Shown here: piece by piece, positions 41,140 to 53,769 of the stretch
How the letters are laid out: each line of letters starts with the position of its first letter
Position numbering within the stretch: position 1 is the stretch's first letter
Source: Chrysomallon squamiferum
Taxonomy: Eukaryota > Animalia > Mollusca
Direction of reading: 5' to 3'
DNA length: 64,000 bases
Assembly (NCBI GenBank): GCA_012295275.1
Contig: CM022673.1
Span: 13,392,001-13,456,000 of the forward strand
Translations under genes and position numbers: made by a program
Notes under the pieces: generated by a model
Seen by the model: the letters and a program-made list of their open reading frames with translations, nothing else
What the model was told of the DNA's origin: nothing
The model's database searches: none

Positions 41140-43703
41140 ACATCTCGTCCTGAAAATATTTATTGTCTGAAGCTTGTGTACTTCAGACACATCTGTTAAC
41201 AGATTGAGATGATTTTCTAGTGAACAGGCTCTGAGTGTAATGTGTCAGTATTGTTGAATCTGTCTGGTTTATTCTTAGTTTGTTATGGTTTTGTAATATT
41301 CTGAGTTCTATAAGTAATGATTTGGTGATAGATTACAAATGTTTTTAATTTTTTTTATTTTACGCAACCACCAACTGTCTCAGCTTTACATATTTTTCAC
41401 AGCTCTAAGATATCTCCTCCAACTGTATTGGAGAAATTGAATCCTGGGAAGATTTGCCTAGCAATTAATATTTACAAGATTTTTAACAGATTAATAACTA
41501 ATATTAGCAAACTGTGATTTTTTTTCATATTCTTTCCTTTCTTTCTGATCTTTATAATAATTTTTAATGTGCAGCAAATTTGTTTATTAAAACAAGATTC
41601 AGGTAAAATGTAATGTTAATTCAGGGAAGATACATCATAATTTTCAAACTGAAATGAATATGGTTAAATTACAACTGGTATATCTAGTGAAAATTCAGGT
41701 CTGCATGTTGAAGGATTGCTGACATCAAGAAAATCTTTAATCTAATTTTATATATTGCAGCTAATGTTAAAAATCAATATGCAAATAAGAATGGGAAAAA
41801 CTGGTGTTTGAGTGATAAATAATGAAGGCACTAATAAAAGTATATTTAAAAATTATTAAACTTCAGAAGATTTATCAAACATTTTAAAATGATATGTAAG
41901 TTGTGGTTTACACCCTTCAAAATTTTATCTGAAACAAATTTTGAGTTTTATTTGATGAAATAATCAGTATTAATCATAAAAAATAAATCTTAAATTATGC
42001 ACTAAGCATTGTTTTTGTTAATGAAATATCAGTTTTAAAAAATACAGAAGCCACTGCCAAATTTTAAATTTTTAAAAATATATTAATTCATTTATATTCA
42101 TGCTGCACTATCCATTATAATGTTGATAGGAACAATTTTCTGAAGGTTTACAAGTAACAAGGTTCACATTTAGCGTTCAGGGTTTATAATACTTTTTATT
42201 GAAAGTTTTAATAATCACAAATTTATGTTTTGTTGATGAAATAATAATACAGTTGAAAAACATTACAATTATTTAAGTTTTACAAAATGTAGGTTGACAG
42301 TCCTATGAAATAAAATCTTTATGAAAGAACTTATATTTAGAGAATTTCTAAATGGCTAAATAGAAATTTCTCTAACTTTTTAATTTTTTTTATTTATAAT
42401 TCATTTTACACATACTTATTTATTTTTCATTATCATTAGTATTATTTTTATTTTTATAATTTTTTTGTTCAACCAGTCATGTTTCAAGAAAAATATCTTT
42501 ATGGTGCTTAACAATAAAGTTACAGTTTATTGCTGCACAACTGAAATATTGTTTGATATAAAATATATAGATTTTCTAACCTTAATAATATGAGGTTGTA
42601 TTAGCACCTTCTACAAGGAGAAAAAGAACAATATGTATTGTGTGTTTATTCAAACAAAAAAAAAAAAAAAAAAAAAAATGTTAATATTTGCCCTTGTGTT
42701 CAGTAGAAAAAAAGGATTGCTTTAGAATAAATATAGCATGGAAAAAGTATTAGCTTCAAGTAATTGCTTTAGAAAATGTATTCTTGCTGCCCATGTATTG
42801 TGTTCATATAACAAAAAAATAAACATACATATTCAGATGTACAAGCACATATAAAAATGTAAACATAAATTGTAGTTAAAACAGTCATTTACTGAGTGAC
42901 AAACAGTTAATTTAGGACAGATTCAGTTTTAAGCAGCAAGAGATCTGCATTTTTTTTTTTTTTTTTTAATAAATATTTTGACACTAAAAACTGATCTGTA
43001 TACTCTGTACAAACAAATTACTATGCTGACAGAAATCCATTATATTATTATTATATTTTAATTAATTCTAAATCCAAAATCTTTAGAACTTAAAAAAAAG
43101 CATGATATTGAAAATTTTAAATCAACAGTTTTTGGGTTAAGAATGTAAACTGTTCACAAATCAACAATATTAATATATGCATATATATTTTTTTCATCTG
43201 ATTTTGATTAAATGTGAAGTGTATAATTATATACATATGTATATAATTATACTTACACTCTTGATGTACATTAGATTATTTGTTTATATGGTTCACCACA
43301 TTTTTATGTAATTATTGTATATATATAAAATATTGTTTAGTCAGAAGTGATTGGTGTTTTGGAAGAGAACAATTTGTGCGAAGTGTTTATTGGTTCAATT
43401 AGTGTTCTCATTTTATATGTTTGCATTTTCATGGCAATGTTTGTATACATTCATTTAATAAAATTATTTATTGTTTGTTTTAAATCAAGATATTGGGCTT
43501 AAAATTTGCACAAATATTTTCAGATGTAAACACTATCAAATTTCATTAGAGGGACCATTAGAAATATTTAAAATTTTAATGTTTATATATTAAGTTGTTA
43601 GTGAATGGACTTTTCAAGCCAAATTAAAAAATGTATTTAATTATTTAACTTTGCCAACAACTTAAAAGCAAAAAGGGAAATCAAATCAAATGTTTTTGTT
43701 TGT

Positions 43704-43743
<40 letters not shown>

Positions 43744-46359
43744 TCAACTTTTGTGTATTTTCTTTCTTATTTCAAAATTTAGTGAACATTTTTAGCAAAT
43801 GAAAAGGGACCAGTAAAAACAATTATTATTAAGAAATTGTTATTCTTTATTTTATAGAATAATATTTTAAAAATTGTTATACTGAAATAATTAAGATACT
43901 TGTATTCAGAAAAGTATTAAAATCAAAAAATAGAAGCAGAATAAAAGTTTTGGTATTTATTTTAAATAGGTCATGTTAGTGTTTCAAAATCCATCTCTCT
44001 GTTTATTTTGTTGTCACAATTATTTGAAACGCACAGTTGAAATTAATAATTATTGTCCAAAGTTCAGTTTATCTTTTAAAAGTAATTTTTGGAGGGCAGG
44101 ACAGAGGACATGAAATTAGAATTTGTGTCACAAATGTGGAAGCATAAATATTTTGTAGTTTATTTATTGAATTGAAACCTGTTGGAAGTATACGGTGATG
44201 TGGTGTGTAACAGAGATCTCAGAATTTGGTGTGGGTGTTTTATCCCTACCAGACTGATGTATGGTGCAGATACAATGTAGTAAATAGTTGTTAAAGTAAT
44301 TTATTTGTAATGAAATGCATTATTGATACCTGATTATTTGTGGGAATGTGCTGAGCTTCTTGATACGTTGTTGTTAACCTTTATAAGATCATTTTTAAAT
44401 TAATACGTTTGTGAAGTGTGTTAAGATGAAGATAGTTTTAGCTTGGAATTGGATGTTAACATTTTTTGTGATAGTTATAAAAAGTTGTTTCTGCAGTTAG
44501 TGAATAAGCTGTTGATGTGTTAAGAAATCAGTCTATAAGCTGTGTTAGGAACAATTTTTTTTATTTATTATTTTTGTCTGTATTCTTGAAGTTTTTAAAG
44601 CATCCAGCTCTGTTGGTTGAATCTATTTTTTAACAAGTTATGCCACTTTCTCCTTCACTCTTTCATTTGCTCATCTTTAGCCACTGTAGCTTGCCATAAC
44701 ACTTAACATAGATTAAGATCAAATGTAGTTGTTCTGTGAAAATCTAAAAGAAATGTAATTCTCATCAGTTTTCAGTCGTTCTGTCTTATAATTATTTTCT
44801 CATGTTTTTCTCATTTAAAGCATCATATTAAAACAAAGTTTTGTGAATGTGCTTAGAGTAGGGAATGCATGGATAATTTTAATCAAATATCACAAAAAAT
44901 AAGAGATTTTCAAGTGATTTGAAATTTGTGATACTTTGAGTAATTAATCCTCACTTAACATCAAGCCATTGTAGTAACAGCATAACTCACCTTTTTTAAA
45001 AGCATTTCTTACAAGCAAAAAGTGCACTATATCAGCTGTTTTTACTAGGTTAATTGTCTATCTAAGAGCACATCTTTACAGTGTTTGTTATAAACTGGAT
45101 GCATTCTAAGAAGTGTGGTTGTTTTTAGTGTGTTTGCATTCAAAGCTACTTTTATAGACTCCATTACAGCCAGAATAACCTAAAATAATATTTTATTTGC
45201 AGAAATATAGATTTTCATACAGTTTTATTATTATAACTGGTGTTTATTTTTTACTTCTTTCACACTAAAATAATTATTAGTAGGCTCTTGAAACCAGTTT
45301 ATAAAAGTGAGTAATTAATTATTCATAAAATATAAACATTCTTTGTCATTTAAAATATTTTTATTGTCTTTCCTTATACAAATCCTATTTTAAATTCTAA
45401 GCATTTTTATCTCATATTCAATTTTATTAAGGAGAAGTTGTTTTTCTTTTTTCAGTGATATAATGTCCAGTTTTGACAGTCATCAGATTTTCACAGTAGA
45501 TGCTTTGGATAAAAATTGCCTTTTGAGTAACATAATGGGAGTCTACAAAACTAGCAACTTTTAATCAGTTTACTTTGGCCATTATATTTCAATTTATACA
45601 TTATAATTAGTATGTGATGTTTTTTATTCGGGTTCAGATATTATTATTACTTCAATGTTTAACTGTCTTTATGTTGTATTAATACTTACAGAAATGCATA
45701 GATACCAATTAAAAACAATAATACCCTGCGTGTTTGTGTTCATTTTATTCATATCAGTAATTTGTATGTTTTTTGTCATTTGTGCTCTAATTAATTTATT
45801 GCTGAACTGATTTTATTTTTTATTTGTTTAATTATTATGATTGTTGTTGTTATTGTTAATATTATCACTATCTTTTTTGTTTTTTGTTTTTTTGCTTTTT
45901 TGGTTATTATTCTCATTTTCACTGTTACTATTTTATTTGTTTTATTTATGCATTCAATTGAATTTGGGTTAATATATATTTACACTGTGTTTGCATGTGT
46001 ATGACAGTTCAAGCAATAAATATTTGAATTAAAAAAAAAAATCAAGGACATTTACATTAAAGGGACAAGAAACATTTTACATAAAATGCATATTTTGCAG
46101 TTACTTGCTTGCAGACTTATTCAGACTTCTACATAAACCTGATAATGAAGAAACAAAAAGGTATCTTCAAATAGGAAATTTTAAAATTTCACCATTTCAT
46201 TGTGAATTGATAACACCATGTTAGGTGGACAGCTCATCATCAATAGTAAGCTCACTGAAAATCTAGGTTACTGAAGCTATAAGTGTTAATAAGATATATT
46301 TATATTCCGAAAATATATAATTAGTAATCTCTAATAGTAATAGCTCACAGGTTATGTAT

Positions 46360-46520
46360 TGGCCTGAGGCTTAGTAGGCTGCAGGATCATATTATAGCAC
46401 TTCCTTTGTACTCAGAAGCCAGGTTATATCTTTTCCAGTATATGGAAAGGTGCACTTAAAATACTACTTTATGCTAATTGATAAAAGCAAACTAAATATT
46501 AGCAGCTTTTGTGTGTATAC
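46360..46520 (+). repeat. degenerate dispersed repeat (SINE-like), copy 2
   Basis: Shares a core with 21436-21468. Confidence 0.4.
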
Positions 46521-47199
46521 ATAATTAAAAAATCACAATAGTAATTTTTTAATATTTTAGATAATGAATGTTGCAGTATTCATTGTTCAGATTTAGCAGA
46601 AGGCAGGCATATTAATGTACTTGTTTAAAAAGAAAAACAAACAAATAACCAAAAAACAAATTTACAAAATCAGTGATATCATTTCTGAAATTTGACAGTA
46701 TTTCGATAATATATTTGTAACAGATAAAACAGATTTCATTCAATAACAAAAGCAGTCTAATCTAGTGAATAATCCCAGCCACAAAATTTTAGAAATTTGA
46801 AATAATTAATAAGTTAATAAATTAATAAATAACTAAATAATAAGAAAATCAAATTAACCAGGTATAATAAAATGATGTTAAGTTTTTAATTTTATTTTTT
46901 ATTTTGTTCTCCTAATATCACTACTGCAATGTAATTTTTAAGAATCTGCCACATGGATCTTGAATGTGTGTGTTAAGTATTGAGTTATTGGTATTAATAC
47001 CAGATGCTTTCGTTTCCTTTCACTTTCAGTTTGACAGGAATAATATGGCTTTTTAGTGACAATTTAACAGGTGCTGACTATTGGAAAATGTGTTATTAAA
47101 AGCTAATCTTTTAGAATGTCATGGATTGATTTTAAAATTATAATAAAATAAATTATTTATAAAAAGAAATGTTAATTCCACAGGTGTGGTCTCAAGCAT

Positions 47200-47366
47200 G
47201 AAACGTGGCTTTTTAAGATTTCACGGCTGTAATTAATACGGAAAGTGCCACACACAGGGACGTTTGCTAAGTGACACGTCAGTAACAAAGCGACCAAATT
47301 ATTTTTGAGATGTGTCGTCTGCTCGCGAAAACTAATATCTGGAACCTGGCAAACCACGATTGGTGG
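47200..47366 (+). promoter_or_regulatory. PDIA4 promoter with UPR-type elements
   Basis: AACGTGGC at ~47202; TGACACGTCA at 47272-47281 (TGACGTG on the minus strand); CCACG abutting ATTGG at 47354-47363. PDIA4 is an established ATF6/XBP1 target in vertebrates. Confidence 0.55.
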
Positions 47367-47629
47367 ATATATTTAGATTGATATTGCTGCGCGCTAAACG
47401 TTTGCCATAACAACATATACAGTGATGTGTTCAAGCTGACTATTTTATTTAAGTTAAGTGCTTGTCGCATAACACAGTATTATCTTCTTTCGTAAAAATA
47501 TCTTGGTTCTCTACGTTCATTTGCATTAATTAAAGTTTTGGGGCACTTTTTCGTATCGAAGTAATAATTTCCGGGGTTAATAAAAACTACCTTGTTGCAC
47601 ATGTATGTCAAAATTGGTTAAAGAGAAAG

Positions 47630-50600
47630 ATGAAGTTTTACGTTTTTGTTTTGCTTTTGCTTGTGTCAGTGCCGATATTCAAATGCGAGGATGAGGATAA
47701 AGCAGAAATAAAATCCGAAACACAGGAAAAAGGTACGAACATCTTTTTTTTTTTTTTTTTGAATTGTTTTATTACATGTGTGATGTATAAATCGTATGTT
47801 TGGCAAGGGGATACTGTATGTATTTTGTTTTTTGATTAAACTTTGCCTATATATTTATTTATTATATTTTGTTTGTTTCTATGATTTTTGTATTATTAAA
47901 AGAAATTTCGAACTTTTCACAGATCATCTGATGTACTACACATGTCATGAATTATATTTGACTTAGCATATTGATATTAATATTTACTTTAAAACGTTAT
48001 TAATTCCCTTTTGTACATCTGTGTATATGACCATTTCAGAAGAATCTTCAAACGAACCCACAGAGAAAACTAAAGAGACACCCACGAAAGAGTCTGCAGA
48101 GAAAGCTACTGAGGAACCTGTAGAAGAAACGACAGAGAAAGCTACAGAGGAAACCAAGGATGAGCCAGAAGGATCTGATGATGTTTTAGTCTTGACAAAA
48201 GATAATTTTGATGATGCCATAAAAGAATCTGATATTATTCTTGTTGAATTCTATGCACCTTGGTAGTTCTAATTTATATCTTTTCACATGATGATAAAGA
48301 GAAAATGTTTTGATTTAGAACATACATTTTTCTCTAGTACTGTTAAAATTATACCTTCTTATGAACACTGAATTAAAATAGTGTTGGTCATTGAACCGTG
48401 ATGAAAATAGAAATTAAATGTAAAAATAATCTGTACTTTAAAAAAGTGGAAAATGTGCCCATATCAGAAGGTTTCCAGAAGTATGTTTTTAAAGTTAAAA
48501 GAAAACAGTATTAACTTTTAATTAGTATATTTTTATTATGTTCAGTATTTTAAGAATTTTACATTCACTTTTGATGTCATTCAGGTGTGGACATTGCAAA
48601 CAACTTGAACCCCACTATGCTAAAGCTGCCACAGCCCTGAAAACGATGGATCCTCCAGTTGCTCTTGCAAAAGTGGATGCAACTGTAGAAACTGATTTAG
48701 CCCAGAGGTTTGTTTTATATTAAAGTGCTAAAGGTTAAAGGAAGAATTAATTTAAATTCTTGTCATTTTAAATTATTAGTCAAATTTTAAAACCAACAAA
48801 CTTTTAAAATTATAATCATTACTTTGGTGAATATTTTGTTGACACACATTTTATGTACAACAAATCCATACAAGATGTCTTTGAATTCATCTGTAAGATT
48901 AATGTGATAGAAATAAAGGATGGTGTGACTAATAATATTACTAATGTCAGATTTAAAGGATGGGTGAAATTAATGTTGTCAAACTAAAATATTGTAGAGA
49001 GTCTGAAGTTATTAATTATTTGTTTTCAAGAAATTGTTATAATATTATTTAAAAAGGATGATGGTGAAGAAATGTTAATGTAAACAGAACAAAGTTTCTG
49101 AAAGAGCCTTTTATAAAAAAAAAATTACATCTATATTATTTTCACATAAAGCTATTAACCCATTTACGTACTTTATTCTTCTTTTTTATTAAATATTTTA
49201 TTTCATTCTTAAATTTCCACTGATATATCAAATTTAATTTAAAAAAAAAAAATTATTTTCATAGATCATTTTATCTTAACTGAAAAGTCTTGAAATTTCG
49301 TTAAAATTTTTTAATGTTTTATAATGATAATTAGTTGTTTTTTGCAATATTCATAGCTCATATTTAGCAGAAGGCAGGGGTAATAAATGTTTGTCTTTAA
49401 TTTTAATTATTAGTAAACTTTTTATTTTTAAACAAAATTATTATTATTATTGTTTATTTATTTATTTATATGTTTAATTTTAATTTTTTAATTTTTTTCA
49501 GACATGAAATTTCAGGTTATCCAACGCTTGTGTGGTTCAAAAAAGGACAGAAGTATGACTATGATGGTCCTAGAGAGGAATCTGGTAAAGACATAACTTT
49601 ATAAGTGAAAATAATGTCATAAACATTTGTCTTTGACAAGAAAAAATATATACATTATAAATATTTTTATGGTAACTGATCACTGGAATTTCATTGTTCT
49701 TTTTTTCAATTGTTTATTTATTGCTGTTATTTTATTTTCAAACTGAAGAGTTTGTGCAATAAGATTTTAATATCTGTTCATATTATGTAGGTCTGTTATA
49801 ATTACAATTCAGTTGTGGCAGAATATAATATTTCAGTTGTAATTAATTATAACTGACCAAAATCCTGTCATATAATGATAAACGTGTATATTTTTATATA
49901 ATTTTTGTAATATTGTTTTGGTCTATTTTTGTCACTGTTCCAGGGATTATTCAGTACATGAAAGAACGGGCTGATCCTAAATGGTCTCCACCCCCAGAGG
50001 CTGTTATTACTTTAACTGATAAAGATTTCCAAGATTTTGTTGATAATCAGGATCTTATCCTTGTGGAGTTTTATGCTCCATGGTAATTCCTTTTTATTTT
50101 ATATTAATATTTTTATATATATTTTCTAAGTATTTGTCAGCAAATAATTATATTGTTAGATATTATTCATGAAATGTTTTTATATTTTTGATTTATCATA
50201 TGATTCTTATAAAAATAGCAGTTTTAATACTGAATTAAATATCATTCAGGACATAACTGAAAGAATTTAAAAAACAAAGACAATGTTGTCTTATTGTTTT
50301 GTGGTTTAACTTTTTCTTTAAACTTCTCTTCTTCAATTCTTAAACCATTTAAATATATTTTACAACCTGGAGATATCAGAATCCAGAATTCTTTATAGGT
50401 ATTCAATTATGGCAACTTTTTATTTATTTATTTATTTATTTATTTATAGTTGTCAATTATCATTTCTTCATATAAATATATCAAGAATAACTATTATTTT
50501 GTGAAAGATCTGAAAAACAACCTGGTGTTTCTTATGCTCAGAAAATGTTTTACAGGTGTGGTCACTGCAAGAGATTAGCTCCCAAGTATGAGAAAGCTGC

Positions 50601-53600
50601 ACAGAGACTAAAGGAACATGATCCGCCAATTCCTCTGGCCAAGATCGATGCCACAGTTAATACAGAAACTGCTTCAAAGTATGGTGTCAGTGGTTTCCCA
50701 ACACTCAAAATCTTCAGAAAAGGCAAAGCTTTTGAATTCGACGGTGAACGAGAAGAACATGGTTTGTGCTAAAACATTTTTGAAATATTCCTAACATGTT
50801 TTGATTTAATTAAAATAGTGTAATTTCTGCTTATTTTTAAAATATAATTAAATTCCTAACTTCATAGTAATTTATGTCTTATAATAGTAGTACATGTAAA
50901 TTATATTTTTATTAAAATATCTTGTTACAATGTGATATATAATAGAATATATTTTATTTTTGTCTTATTCTTGAGATGCTATGATATATCTTGGTGTATT
51001 TGTTATTTTTCTTTTATTACATGAACACAGCATGCAGCTTAATTTAGGTGTTTTGGGTTTTTTTTTTTTTAAACAACATACATCTCAGAACAAATTTTGC
51101 TTTTGTTTCACATTGATTTTCAGAACTTGACATAAGTAGGCTGTATTAGTTTGTTTCTCTTGTGTGTGGGTTTTTACTGTTTCCCATACATTAACTACAT
51201 AATAGAAACTAACATGTGTAATTTGTTTTGGTTTAACACAGCCATTGTGAACTACATGATACAACAGCATGGTGATGCAGCCAAGCTTCTAACAAGTGTG
51301 AAAATGGTGAAGGATTATATGGGTCAAGATGACATCACTGTTATTGGATTCTTTGACAATGTAGATGATCCTCGCCGGCTGACCTTCATGGAAGCAGGTA
51401 GAATTTCTTTTTATAATTCATCATAAGATACAGCCACCTTCTTTGTTAATTTTCTTTATGCTAAGAAGCATGTAAGGTTGTTTCCAGAAATCACCTTTGC
51501 TGCCTTTATCTTGCCAATTTATCCAGCTTAAGCAAAATATTAGCTGTTATACTGCTTGCAAGATATATTGGTCTGTTTATTAAGCAATAACTTTATAAAT
51601 AATATTTTTAAAATTGCTAATTTTTCCAATTAATGGATTTTAAAATATATGTATGTCTTAGATAAGTAATCATTTCTTTAAATTTTATTATAGTTTAATA
51701 TTTATAATTGTGACAAGAGAAAACATTAATTAATTTGTTTTGTTTCTAGCCAATGAACTGCGCAGTGATCACAAATATGGCTACACTACTAATGAAAATG
51801 CCATGAATTTGTACAAAGTTAACCCAGGTTCTGTGGTTGTGTTCAATGCAGAAAGATTTTATACAAAGTTTGAGCCAAAATGGCACATCCTTCACAAGGT
51901 AATTTTTAATTTGAGAAACCCGCCCTTTTTAACAGGTGTTACATTGATTTAGCCTATTGAAACTGATAACTTGTTAATTAGGAAGAATTTATTATTTTTA
52001 ATAAATTTAAACTCATAAAAAGTAAATATTTAACCTTTAGTATTTAGTATGTTTGGTTTGTGATGTTCTTTTACCTTCTCGGTTTTTTTTTGTTTTTTAA
52101 TGAGATTTTGTAATACTGACACTAATATTAGTCAGGGTGAAATAAAAAAAATTAATAATAATAATAATAATGAGTTTTACAAATTTCAGGATAAATTGAC
52201 ACGAGAACAAATTGTGAAGTTTATTAAAAAACACAGCGTACCTCTAGTTGGCCATTATGAAGTAGCATCAGAAAAGCGATACAGCAGTTTGAGACCACTG
52301 TGTCTGTTTTTTTACACTGTTGACTGGAGCTTTGAGTATAGAAAAGGTGAGATATTATTAATAAAACAGTATCTCATTTTTTATTTAAATATTGAAATGT
52401 AATTTTTTAAGCAAAAAGTGAGTTATTTTTACTGATATTTATTTTACATTTTCAGGTCTTCTTCAAGTTCACTATATATAAACCTGCTAAATACACAATT
52501 TAAAACACGAAATATGTTTAAAAGTGTGAAAGTATAGAACTTCTACATTTCAGATTGTCACACAAAAATATTTTTCCAACTTTGTTTATTTACAGAACAA
52601 TTAAACAAACAAAAAATTAACTCTATTGTCCATTCATGGTTCTAATTGCAAATATATTAGTAACATTTAATATTTTTACATTGCTGAGATGCTTGCTTTC
52701 TTGTATATGAAAAATATTTTTAAAGATTCCTTCTACTACAACTACTTGTTAAATGGGAACTTCAGACTCGGCAGGTTTATTTAATTGTAAAATCATGTGA
52801 TAAACATTTAGTAATCATTAACATTAAAATGTATCGATATGTTGTTACCAAATTATTCTGAATAAGTTTTATTAACAAAACATTACTATAGTATAATTTT
52901 ATTTTTCTTCAGCCACACAGCTTTGGAGAAACAAGATTGCTCAAATTGCCAAAGATTATTCAAACATTACATTTGCAATTGCTAATGAAGATGATTACCA
53001 GTACATGATAAAGGACTTTGCTCTTGAGGATTCTGGTGAAGAAATGAATGTAGGAATCCTGGGAAGTGATGGCAAGAAATATCGAATGGAACCAATGGAG
53101 GAATTTGACCCTGATGAAATTAGAAATTTCCTTGACTCTTTTCAGAAAGGTAAGTGATAGAAGCTTTCTAGATAATAATTCTGTATTCTTTTAAGTTTCG
53201 TACAGCTAGAACATTAATTTTTAAATATATTTTTAATACCTGTCATTATGTTTTAATTTTATACAAATCCTACATTTTGACAATTTTATTGTAGTATTTC
53301 ACACATACCATTTGTGGGTGGGTTTTTTTCAGTAAATTATTATTTACTTTTAGGAAAAATAACACCGCAGATCAAGTCACAACCTGTTCCTAAAAAGCAG
53401 ACTGGTCCAGTTACAGTGGTTGTTGGGAAGACATTTGAAAAAATTGTCAATGATCCTGACAAAGATGTTCTGATTGAGATGTATGCTCCATGGTGTGGAC
53501 ACTGTAAAAAATTAGAACCAATTTATAAAGATCTAGCAAAAAAATATAAAAATGAGAAAAATCTAGTCATTGCCAAAATGGATGCAACATCAAATGATGT

Positions 53601-53769
53601 TCCTGATAAATTCAAAGTTGAAGGTTTCCCAACAATATATTTTTCATCAGCATGTGACAAATCTGAGCCTAAAAAATTTGAGGGAAACAGAGAGTTAACA
53701 GATTTTGTAACATATCTGGAAGAAAATGCATGTGTTTCTTTAGGCAAAAACAAAAGAGATGAACTTTAG
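47630..53769 (+). CDS. PDIA4: protein disulfide-isomerase A4 (ERp72), 663 aa
   Basis: Exons 47630-47732, 48040-48262, 48585-48707, 49502-49584, 49944-50082, 50556-50761, 51242-51397, 51750-51898, 52190-52346, 52913-53149, 53354-53769 (1992 nt, in frame). Signal peptide, three APWCGHCK thioredoxin sites, C-terminal RDEL. Confidence 0.97.

Noticed and set aside
42154-42166. GTAACAAGGTTC, whose complement resembles the SNORD13/U13 guide for the 18S 3' end (tempting next to NAT10)
   Set aside because: Only ~11-12 nt match. No properly placed C and D boxes or second guide on the minus strand. Most likely chance.
41140-47150. Possible hidden gene between RIC8 and PDIA4
   Set aside because: No spliceable coding exons found on either strand. 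Consistent with a long 3'UTR plus intergenic DNA.
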